DNA of 64,000 nt from assembly GCA_013239625.1 (NCBI GenBank), contig MU053588.1, forward strand, positions 1,389,988 through 1,453,987, given 5' to 3'. This document shows positions 38,606-50,178 of this stretch, in pieces. This DNA is from Lama guanicoe (taxonomy: Eukaryota). The notes beneath the pieces are model-generated. The model did no database searches, was not told the origin of the DNA, and was given only the letters and a program-made list of their open reading frames with translations. The translations under genes and the position numbers were made by a program. The stretch's first letter is position 1, and each line of letters starts with the position of its first letter.

Positions 38606-40139
38606 GCCACAGTTCTTTTATTAATTCACTAATTAATTTAATTTTGGGGAGACATCATTCCCTTATAATTACTACTTGCTAGACAATGGAGTTTGGCATC
38701 ATTTACAGTGACATCAGCATTCACAGAGGCTGACTATTACAGGCATGAGGGTCTATTAATTCCAAAAAATGTCTTTTCACACTTTCCAAGTAGTTTTGCC
38801 ATTTAGCTACAAATGTCAGTTACCAGAGCCAAACTTGTTCTTAATAAGTAGAATTTTTATGTCCCATTCAATCAGAGTCTTCTTACATCTTTCTGGGCCT
38901 ATTTATTTGCACACGGGGAGTGGAAACTGTAACCAGGTGCTTTCATATCATAAGCATTCACACGTGATGCCCACTCTTCATAGGTGGTCCAATTTCTCTA
39001 AGATAAAAGGAGTGACTCGCAGCAGGACCGCATAGATGGGGAAGTTCCCTATGGAGGAGACCTCATCCTCTCACATCTTCGGTTTCATCTCCTTGGGGTC
39101 CAGCTTCTGCGGCAAGGACCTCATTTCGGAACATCACGGCTCTGCCTTACCCACGGCTCTTTTATTGTAATAGTAGTCATCATTTCAATCGATATTACAT
39201 CATAATGTTCTGTAATTATGACTCTTTCATGTCAGGTGCTGGGCTAAGGGCTTTAGGTATGTCATCTCATCTAATCCTCCCAGCAACCCCCGGAGTCAGG
39301 TACCATTGCTGTCCTTAAGATACAGGTGAAGACAACACAGAGCTGGGGGAGCCGGGATCTGACCCAGGAGCCCATCATTCTCATCACCATTCTGGGCTGA
39401 CCCATCTCCGAGCATGAGAACCACAGTTACCCCCAGATGCCTCCTTCCCTGGGCAGAGGTTTCCTAAGGCCTTGTGTACACTGAGTCTTGCAAACTGATT
39501 CATTGTGGTGGCCTCTCCACAAACACTTCCTGCCATAATTATGTGAAGTTGTCCCCCCACCTCTACCCCCGGCCCCTAGCAGGAGAGGCCCTGCTGAATC
39601 TGAGAACTAAGGACAGTGGGTTTACCTGTTGGTGCCAGGCATACCATGGGGAATCTCTGAAAGCCCTGGGCTCAGGTCACACCGACACAAGTCGTACTTC
39701 TCGGGGATCGCTGGGCATGGTTTTCTCTAAGGCAGTGTTTGCCAGATATCAACTGTCTGTAACCTGGATCACTTTTGAAGATCCAGGCTTAGGAAGAAAG
39801 GCAGCCAGTAGCTTTTGTCATGCTGGCCAGCTGAGGCACCAGGAGCCCTGGGGTTACCAGAGAGTTGCTGACCCATGAGAACAGAATTTGAAAAGAAACA
39901 AATGAATCTCGCCTTCATAAGCAATACTTCCCTGGGGCAAAGAGACAAGCAGCATTTATGTGACTAATGACATGTGTGCTAGTGATGAGTTACCCAATGA
40001 CTCATGGGAGAGAATATGTATTTATTAACAGCCGTAAAGTTTTGGGGAGAAAAAACTAAAAACAGATATCAAGCACATTGAACTATAAGGTCTTAGTTAT
40101 CATTGATGAGAGTGAGGCTAATTTGAAAAGAGAGAGAGA

Positions 40140-40785
40140 AAGGGGGAAGGTCTAACTCAGTGGTAGAGCCATGTGCCTAGCATGCACAAGGTCTTGCGTT
40201 CCATCCCCAGTGCTCCCATTAATAAATAAATAAATATACCTAATTATCTCTCTCCTCCCCCCCTCCAAAAAAAAAGGCTAATATAAAAGGGAGAGAAAGA
40301 AACAGAGTGTGTTGATTAAAAGGTTGATTTGGGGGCTGGTGGGTATATTTCAGTGGTACAGCGAGTGCTTAGCATGCACAAGGTCCTGGGTTCCATCCCC
40401 AGTACCTCCATTAAAAATAAATGAATTAAATAAAATTTTTTAAAAAAATGAAAGATTGATTAAAAGATGTATAACTGAATCACTCTGCTGTACACCTGAA
40501 ACTAACACAATTTTGCAAATCAACTATACGTCAGTTAAAAAAAAACTTGTGGAAAAAAAAAAGATAATGTGAGAGGCTGGGAAAAGCTGAGAGTTAGCTG
40601 TTCTAATAGAGATCCAAGTCAGAAGTTTGTTTTGGGGTGAGGGTATAGTTCAAATGGTAGAGCTCATGCTTAGTATGCATGAGCTCCTGGGTTCAATCCT
40701 CAGTACCTCCATTAAAGAAATAATAATGATAACCAAATAAAAATAAACCTAGTTACCTCCCGCAACCCCACCCCCCAAAAAAGAA
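40140..40785 (+). mobile_element. Cluster of three same-orientation tRNA-derived SINEs
   Basis: Copies start at about 40142, 40338 and 40635. Confidence 0.8.
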
Positions 40786-41014
40786 GTTTATTTTGCTCTC
40801 CTTATTTATCTCCAGGCTGATAAAACAGCTCTGCCCCATGAAGTCAGTCAGGGACAGGGATATTGTTTCCTGCCAGGTGTTGGTCTTATCTGTATGGTCA
40901 GGTGGCTTGTCACCACTACCACACCCTACATAACCATGCCTGGCTGCAAGGGAGTGTGGGAAATATAGGTTTTCTTTCTGGAGGGTCTTATGCCCAATAA
41001 GAGTCAATTACTAT

Positions 41015-41525
41015 TGTATTTGTTAGCTACTGCTGTGTAACAAATCATCCCCTCCAAAAAAAACATAGTGACTTAAACAATAACACTTACATTTTCTAGG
41101 GTCAGGAACCTGGTGCCTCTGGCTCAGAGTCTCTCCCCAAACTACAGGTAAGGTGTTGGCCAGAGCTGCAGTCATCTCAGAGCAACAGAGGGCGGATCCT
41201 TTTCCAAGCTTCCTGGCATGGTTGCTGTCAAGCCCCTGGTACTCACTGGCTGCTGGCCAGTGACACCAGTTCCTTGCCATGTGGGCCTCCACCAGGCAGC
41301 TCATAGTTTGGCTTCCCTCTGAGCAAGAAAGCAAGAAAGAGGGTGAGAGAGGGCACACAAGTGAGAAATTACAGTCCTTTTGTAGCCTAATCTCAGAAAT
41401 GACATCCCAGCACTTTTGCCATTTTCTGTTTGTTCAAAGCCAGTCACTAGGTCCAGCCCATCCTCCAGAGGAGATTGCGCAGAGGATAAACACGAGGAGG
41501 CAGGGATCTTTGGGGACTGTCCTAC
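41015..41525 (-). mobile_element. MaLR (MLT1-like) LTR
   Basis: tgctgtgtaacaaatca...ggctcagagtctctc...agtcactaggtccagccc. Confidence 0.65.
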
Positions 41526-41967
41526 AACTATGGACCAAGAGGTGGTGAATTTGGGGGACAATTAGCTGTGTCTAGCACTGTTTCTCAAAGGGAAAGGCAG
41601 TAACTTATACCAGTGAGGGGAATGGCTTCTAGGCACCAAAGAAGGACAGAGTGTTCATGCGTGTGTTCTGGTGTCTTTGGGGAGACATTTGTGCATGGAA
41701 AAGACTGATTACTTCATGTTTTAAACTATTCTTCAATAGAAAAATGATAAAAACAAACAAACAAAACAAAATAAATTATTCTTCAATGTATTAAAGCTAC
41801 CAATTAAAAATATTGTCTTCTTTAAGCTTCAAATCTCCACTTCCAAATATTAATCTATTTATAAATCCAGTAAAATTTAACAGTCACTTTCAGGGAGATC
41901 TTTGATTAATGTTCAACCAACTCCAGTTTTAACAGCCTCACATCCCATTTAGAATCTCAGTTAATTA

Positions 41968-42075
41968 AGGGGGAGGGTATAGCTCAGAGGTAGAATGTAT
42001 GCCTAGCATGCATGAGATCCTGGATTCAATCTCCAGTACCTCCACTAAAACACAAAAACAAAACCGAAAAAAAAC
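41968..42075 (+). mobile_element. tRNA-derived SINE
   Basis: Same consensus. Confidence 0.85.
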
Positions 42076-44176
42076 CCTTTATATTATAAAAAGGAGAACA
42101 GTAAAAGAAAAAAAAATCTGTTAATTAAATTTCCTTAAATGTTCTGCTTTCAAAAATTTCAACTGTTCAATTTTCTTCAGATGCTTAACAGAAGTTTCTA
42201 AAAAGCAAATCTCACATACTTCACTGTCCTAATAAATTACAAGACTATCAAGATCTTTTAAATATTCTAGTACCGTTTACTCACTTCAAAAAATTCTCTT
42301 TCACATCTAAGTGAAAAATTACAAGTCTAAAATAATGAATTACTCAATTATGCACTTTATGTTGGAAGGCTTACATTTGTAGGACAAATTTGTCACATTT
42401 CCCCCATGCCAAATTCTCTTAAACATTTCAAATGTTTTAATTGCCAATTATCCCAGAGGATTCTTAAACATAACACAAATGTATTAATTCTGTGGGCTCA
42501 ATTAACTTTCTCTAGTGTAAGCCTTCTAACCACTGAATATTTAAAAAACACTCCTAAGGAAAATGTTACTAGTGAGGGGAGGTTAATTCTTGGCCAGAGA
42601 TTTGGGTCTGGAACAGGAGCTCTGACTTGCTGGTTATGAAAAGATCCACTGGGCCCCTTTAAAATAGTTACCAAAACAAAGTGGCTTCACAGGCTACCAA
42701 GTTCTGGTCCCCTGGCCTGCATCCCAGGTAGGGTGCAACATCACCTCACACGTGTACCATTTCCCCAGTGAAATCAGAGGAAGTCTGTGACGCTACCTGG
42801 GTTTCTCACAGCTGGACTGGCATCAGCTCATCTGTCTATGGCCCAGCTCTATTCTGCGTTCTTTCCTGAGTCTCACTGTTGGGCTTGGCCACAACCTCTG
42901 GAGATAGTTAAATGATATGCAGTGTGTTAATGCCTTCGCTTAGCATCTCTTTGCCTCTCTGCTCCTGGCCCGGCTGAAGTCAGAATTATGACCCAGAGAT
43001 GAACAGGGAGGTCTTGGAGGGTCCTGCAGGGATGGGAGATCAGCGATCTGTAGATTGTCCCTGGGATGGATCAGCTCTCACTATTATGTCAGTGGGATGT
43101 GTGGAGGGTGCCACCAGTCTGGAATTGACCAGCTTGGGTGTCAGGGGAGCAGCTAGGCTCAAGTCCTTAACAACCTCAGAGACCCTGCAGACAATCCAGC
43201 TATGAGCAACACACAGGTAGAAAATGAGAAATTCAGATAAACAAAATCAGGAAGGACAAAAGTCACCACTATCCACCCATCAGCATTGCAGTAACCCCGT
43301 AACACTTTATTTCTTATTCTTCTAAATACATATATCCAGAATATGAAACAAAGAAATACATAAATATATTTAAATAAATATATGGAGAGTTTAATTTGGC
43401 ATATATATACACACCCCTACATATATGCATACTGTACAATATAACACACAAGAGTACATATATATCAAAAAAAATTATATGATGGCTTTTTTTCCTGGCA
43501 ATGGTCTCTACCTTTCGCTTCCTATAAATACCTATCTCATTCTTCATATTCAAATTCCTACAGGTGGCCCCAAAACATCCTCCAGAGCTGAATTGTCCAA
43601 ACCAGTATCTACTCCAGCAACACATATCACGTGTGGTCATGACTCTTAGGTCTGTTTCAACTGTCACAGTCCCCTTGGATGGTCCTGGCAGAACACCGCC
43701 CCCTCTGGGTGTGTCTTCAAGGTGGGAGGGCAGTTCAGGGTGGGGACCGCACAGCACACCTCATTTGCATCCTATCAGGAGACCTGGAGCTTCTTAGGGA
43801 TCCAGCAGTAATGAGGTCATGACCCTGGAATAGGGTGGGGACAGGCTGAACTTGCCAGTGCCTGGTTCTCTCTCACCTTCAGGACTAGAAACTCACAATG
43901 TGGTGTCACTGTGACACTGTACCCACACCTGCCACCTACCTAATGCTTTTAACCCTGATTGATAACCTTTGCTGAGATGCTTTCCTTAGGGGTTGGGAAA
44001 TAGGGGTCTAACTCTTCCACTCTTTCCACTGGAGAACATCTTCTATTGGTGTTTTCTTTTGTAGAGTTTCCCCTCTTCAACTGGGACACTCCTTACTCTG
44101 AACCAAGTATTCATCAAGGCAGTAACATTGTGTGTCTATTAAAAAGATCTGAATCTTTAAGCAAAATAACAATACA

Positions 44177-44182
44177 TTTATT
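44177..44182 (-). terminator. Candidate polyA signal, FBXO27-like copy A
   Basis: TTTATT on + (AATAAA on -), about 670 nt past the stop. Confidence 0.55.
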
Positions 44183-44853
44183 GCCTATGGTTGGCAGATA
44201 TATTGCTGACTTATTCTCTCCATATTTCAAAAGAATTTCAAAATAACAAAAGAATTTTATACACCATACAATTCAGGGTACAGCTGGGCTCAGGGACCAC
44301 TTCACTTTTCACAGAGTGGGCAGAAACATCTGTCTCTAAAAATATTTTGAGGTAGGTGACTTTCAGCTGTGAGTCCTGGTCCCGGTCTTGAAACCTCAGG
44401 AGGTTAAGTCCACCACCTAAGGGGGTGGGAATTCTCTCAGCCATAGGGACGAGGCTCCAGTCAGAGAGGAGGAGAAGGCTTCCCAGAAGGCAATGATACA
44501 GCCTGTTGAGCAGAAACAAGGGCAGAGGGGACTGGGGCTGAAACAGAAGGGCCTTGGGGGGAGGGGGAGGAGTCGTCTCCAGTTCCAGCATTTCCCTGTG
44601 CTCACCCGGGGGTCTCCACTCAGTGGAACAGGGGCTGCCTTAGAGAAACAGCAGCAGTTAAATCTGATGGAGGAACTCTTCTAGTAGCTTCCAGAACCTG
44701 CAGACAGGTTCACCCAAAAGCACCCTCAACTGGACCCAGGAGATCCTAGGATGCCAGGGAGCTATAAGCTCTTGACTAACAAATGAGATGTCCCAGCCAA
44801 TGGTCGCAGCTCCTGGAAGGACAGTCAGGTTGTTTCACAAGAACAATCCTCAG

Positions 44854-47800
44854 CTAGAACAGTCGGATGCTCACAATCACACTGGAGTTGGTCAGATAGA
44901 CTCCACATTGCTCAGAGCAGAACTCCAAGTCCCACATCCAGTGTTCAAAAGACACAAAGCGGACGCCCTTCTTGAGGTTGGAGAACACATGGCTGACCTG
45001 TAGGCACAGAAAGAGGTAAGTCCCATTGTGCCACAGCCTTGTCCTCAAAAGCTGAGGTTGGGGCCTTCTGGCAGGTGGAATTTTCCACAGATGGCTGCAA
45101 TAGCACCTCCAGTGCCCCCTGTACTTCTAGAATCAGACCACTCCTCATCCAGAGGTGGCGTCTAATCCCCACTCCCCTTGAATCTGGGCGGGTTTGCTTG
45201 TAACCAAGAGTGTGGTAGACATGATGCTGAGTAACTTTCACCTAGTGGCCTCCAAGGCTGGGTCAGAAAGGCAACGCAGCTTCTGCTGGTTTCTCCGGAA
45301 CCCTCATGGGGGAGCCCTGAGCCCCCAGGAAGCAGTCTGACTGGCCAACCAGGAGAGTGATAGAATCACTGCTGTTGGTATTAAGCCACTAAACCTGGAG
45401 GCAATGTTATGCAGCAATAGTTCATGACAAGCTCCAGCATCCTTTCTCCACTCCCCTGTCAGAGACTCACCTGATGGGAGACACTGTTTCTCCACTTCCG
45501 GATGGGGAAAGGTTTAGGAGAGAAGTGATCCAGGACAGCCTGGTTGGCATCTAGAAGTCGAACAATTAGCTGATATATACAGTCAGTGCCTTGTCGGTCT
45601 GTCCGCCTGTGGGAGAAGGGAGACCTTGAAGACTAGACTACCGCCCCATCTCTGAGTGTCTGCCTCCTCCACCCTGATGGCCCTCCCATGCATGCAAATC
45701 CAGAATGGTGCTGTGGTCCTTGCAACTTGCACTATCAGTGTCACTTGGGAGCGTGGCCCCAGTGCCTACTCAATGAATCTGTCTGCCCTAAACAAGCTCC
45801 CCAGGTGGTCTGCATGCAGTCATTTCAGAAGTGATGTAGGTCCGAGCACTGCTCTTCCCATAGGCTTACCCAAGAGGGCAACGGAAGTCTGGAACTGGAT
45901 TCTTCCCTGGATGCTGCCTGGTGACCCTTCCCCTTGTCTAATTTTCATCTCTACCTTTTCCCTGTAATAAACTAAATGTATACTAGTTTTCCGTGAATTC
46001 TATGTCTTTCTAGTCAGTTACTGCACCTGAGGGTGGTTGCAGGAACCCCCCACGTTGGCCATTGGAAGGTGGTCTTGGGATTGTGCCCTCCGACTTTGTA
46101 GTTGGCTGCAAAATTCTGAAAGATGTTGGTGGCTGGCTCTCTCACCCCAGATTTAATGGATGTGGAATGTGACCCAGGCATTGAAATGTTCCCGGATTAT
46201 ATATGGCAAAATTTGGGAATCACTATTACAAAAGACACACCATTGCTCAAAGCAACACAAACATGCTATAATTCTTTGCTAAAAGGATTGAGTTAAAAAC
46301 AGAAGTTAATTGTAAATACATCTGCTAATGAGATGGGCTTTCAGAGAGAGGAGGTTTATGATGTCTTGATTGAAAGTGAATCTGGTAAGACCAAAATTTC
46401 ACATGGTCAATTGGCCTGTGTCACCAGTACTCTTTACAGCCTGTATGCATAGCGAGGGGCTTTATTTCTATAAAACTGGAGGAGGACTGTGACATAGGAA
46501 TTGGGAAAGCATAACCATATCATTCTTTCAACAAAGACTGCATCGGTAGATAATCAGTTTATAACAGGGAACATAAAACTGTGGAAAAATTGGAATTTGC
46601 CTCCCTTAAAATCAACTGGGTCATGTATCCCTTGGAGGGTCATCAAAGGGCCCCAGTTTCAAGACCATCCCTTCAGACCACAAGCCCTGGAGTCAGGCAG
46701 CTATGAGCCTAATGCCAGGTCCTGCCAAGTCCTAGCTGTGCCACCAGGGAAGTCGCCTCCCCTTCCTGAGCTTGTCAATTCGAGGTCTTCAAAGACACTT
46801 TCCCACAGGATCATGGATCATGAGGGTTTCCTAAAACAGTCACACTTCAAAGCACTGGCTGTGTGCTTGTCATGTAACCCTGTCTTATGAAGACAGGGAA
46901 ACTGAGGCACGCTGACTTGCCCAGGGCCACAAAGCCAGGGTGTGGACCTGGGAGTTCTGGCTCCAGAATCTGAACGCTTACCCCATGATCCGGTATTGCC
47001 CCCTCCTAAAGCCAGGAGCATCCACAGACAAGTCTAAGTTGGGCCCAAGTGCTCTGTATTGGACCTCATCTGACATCTTCCAATGCAGTTCCCTTTAGGG
47101 GCTAGAAGAGGGGTTCAGGGAGTGCACTCTGCTAACTCCTAAAGCTCTGATGGTGGTTAAGTCATTTCCTGACCTGCTTTATCCTAAGGGGTTGTTAGGA
47201 GGCCTGAAAGGAGTCACCTGTGAAAGGGCAGGGCTCAGCACAAGGGCTTTTTGTCATCACACTCACCAGTCAGAGACACAAATCTCAACCTTGCCACTAT
47301 CCAGGAGTTCAGGCCACAGACCCTCCTCCTCCAGGTCCAACACTTTCTTGTTGTGACAACACCTAGGAAAGAGGGAGAAAGGTGAGTGAGAACAGGCAAG
47401 GACTCAGGACCAGCCTGGCCCCTGGGGAGCAGGGTCATGTACCTGTAGCCGGGCAGGAAGCTCGTGTGGAAAGGGGCCCCAGGCCGGACCTCACTGTTTT
47501 CCTCCTCTGGCCAGTCGTCCCCATCGCTCAGCATCTTCCATTTCCAGAAGCCTTCTGTTAAATAAAAAAAAGTTTGTGCCCAAGTTCCTGGCCGGAACAC
47601 CAGCCCTGGGATAAGTCTCATGGGTTTCCCGGGCCGCCCCGCCCCTCCGCACCCTCCCGGTGGCTGGTTTGAGGGGCTCCTTTCTAAATCTCCTCACTTT
47701 TGCTCTTGGGATTTCGGAGGAGATTGCGTCCGATGGGTCCGCGCGCGCAGAAGCGGCCCAGGAGGCAGGCACTGGCGGCGTCGGCGCGCGGCAGGCAGCT

Positions 47801-48037
47801 GCGGACGACCGGCCACAGGGCGCGGTGGTCCCGGGCCAGGATCTTCAGCCACAGGCCCGGGGCGTCCACCAGGGCGCGCCAGCGCCGGCACACCTGGCGG
47901 CAGCGGCCGAGCAGCGTGCGCGGGGGCAGGAGGCTCAGCACCGCCAGGAGCAGCTCCGGGGGCAGCTGGCTCAGGCCCAGCGCCTCCTCCGGTTCGGGCT
48001 GCGGCGCCGGCCTGCCCCTGGAGGCAGAGGCACGTAT
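44854..48037 (-). CDS. FBXO27: FBXO27-like paralog copy A (275 codons, frame intact, start codon ATA instead of ATG)
   Basis: join(48037-47698, 47554-47443, 47362-47267, 45606-45471, 44997-44854) = 828 nt, all GT-AG, no internal stops; [40 protein letters not shown] and [16 protein letters not shown] are FBXO27 motifs. Confidence 0.8.
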
Positions 48038-50034
48038 GGGCTCCTCGCCTGGCCCGGGTGCCCCTGCGGGAGAGTCAGTGTCAAGACGTCAGGGACCTGC
48101 AGCCTCAGCCAGCCCGGTCCCTGCCACCCGCACCCCACGACTGTCAGCCTCAACCCCGTCAGCTGCCTCCCCATCCTCACCGCCCCCCCACCCCCGCCCG
48201 GTCCTCAAGTCCCCAGATTCCCAACCAGTCCTTGCTGGCAGACTATCTCAGCCCCTCTCCCCAACACGCACCACTGCCCCTGGCAGCCAATCCCCTCTGT
48301 GGCCTCTCGGACCCCCGAGTCCTACCCTGCATCTCAGCCAGTGCTCCTCGCTGGTGGGCCTCCACGTGGCCTTATGTGTCCAAATTTCTTCTGCTCTTTT
48401 TATTCACCCACCCCTCCTCTTTTAATACCCAGCACTGCCAGGCCCCGCCCCCAACCTCCCTGTGACCCCAAGTCTTGCGGGCCCCTCCCTTCTCACGGTC
48501 CTGACCCCTCCTCCCTCGGCCTTGCCCAGACTCACAATCCAATCAGCCCCTCCCTGACCCGCCCTCCTAATTCTCTAGACATCCCCTCATTTGGGGTGTA
48601 TTCGGACTGTGGGGTAACTACCCAACAGAATAGGACACGGCAGAAGAGGAAAGGAGCGGTGGCCACTGGGATCTAGAGTTTGTCCTTTCTAAGTCCACAT
48701 CAGTGGCCCCTTGAAGTGTCCCTAACCCTGCTGTAAGCACCTAACTTGGTGCTGAACAACTGCTGTTATTTTGGTCAGGCTTACAGCGGGAGGCCTCATA
48801 CCCATTAGCTCCTGCAAAAATTCCCGTCACCTTTAAGGGACAGACATCACTATCCCTGAGATCATTTCACAGGAGAAAACAGGCTCCAGCAGGAACCAAA
48901 TGCATTTCTATTTGATTCTCTGATTGAGTGCTCTGACCAGTGATAACCCCAGCCAGCCTTCAGCGAGCATTTATTCTACCAGTGAGGGTAGCAACATCCT
49001 GTAGTAGATAATGGTATGTGCCCACTTCACAGGTGAGAAAACTCAGACCAAGTGACCTACCCAAGGTCACAAGGCTAGTAGGTGACAGAGCTGGGTTTCA
49101 ACCTAGCCAGGCTGGGTCTAGAATCCTGCTTTGAACCTCTATATCACCTCTATCCAATAAAAGTAAAATAGCAACCTACCTACGTAATTTTGAGTATCAG
49201 GATGTAAAACCAGACATGGATTCCTGCCCACATGGAACTTACCTTCCTTCTAGGGGAAGAGACATGATGAACAGGAGGCAGAGTTAGCCAATTACATGCT
49301 GTTGCGGAAATCATTAAAAATAAAATCTGCCAACACCCTCTCCTTGAAATCCTCTCCACAAATGTAGAAAAGATTGAAACAGTTTTACTACTGAAAAAGT
49401 GTTAAATCTGATTGTAATTCACACGGACCATGATGAGCAATAGACGTGACGTGTAAATTACGTGGTGTGTTGGAGCATGATCAGTGCTGTGGGAAGTAGA
49501 GCAGAGAAGGGAATGGGGGATAAGCAGTCTGAGTGGGGAGACCCTGAATTCTGAGAGATGGATTGACTATTACATGGGCCTAATTTCTTTTTAATACATA
49601 GATTTTCAAGAAAATGTTGACTATTGAGGTTTTCAAACAGATCCCAAAGTGGAACAGAGTAAGAGCACTGGCTCCAACAGTTCACTCTGGACCAGTCTGC
49701 CTTCATGTCTACTCCCCACTACTTGCTCGCCCAGGGAATTTGAAACAAATCTTAGAAATCACATCGTTCTGTCCATTAGCAATACTTTATTTTTAATGTA
49801 ATGTGTAAGCTGTGGGAATCTTTTTGATAATGAGATCATGAAAATTGATTACGATCCAATCATGAGTTCAAAAAGCGATTTTAAAAAAAAGTTAAAGACT
49901 TTAAGTAGGATAAAGGGACAGATACAGACTAGCCAGTTTTCTGTTCTATTCTTCAATTTCCTCAGAGACAATCTCTGTTAATTCTCAGAATTACATCCCA
50001 AGCTGTACTCTGATTAAAAAGAAAAAGAAATGCA

Positions 50035-50178
50035 GGTGGAGGGGGAGGGTATAGCTCAAGTGGTAGAACGCATGCTTAGCGTGCCAGAGGTTGGGTTCAA
50101 TCCCCAGTACCTCCTCTAGAAACAAGTAAGTAAACCTAATTACCTCCCCCTCCAAAAAACAAACAAACAAACAAATAC
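50035..50178 (+). mobile_element. tRNA-derived SINE present only in duplication unit A
   Basis: Absent from the paralogous site near 61785. Confidence 0.9.

Noticed and set aside
38620..39150. Possible decayed transposase or pseudogene
   Set aside because: Multiple stops in the frames I read and no motif I could identify without a search.
44046..44246. Identical 66-aa ORF repeated at 54726
   Set aside because: By-product of the identical duplicated UTR block; GTG start and no coding signature.
47620..48676. Long + strand ORFs (281, 338 and 241 aa), also at 59458-60411 and 13750-14364
   Set aside because: Antisense shadows of GC-rich F-box exons and CpG islands; low complexity, no recognisable domain.
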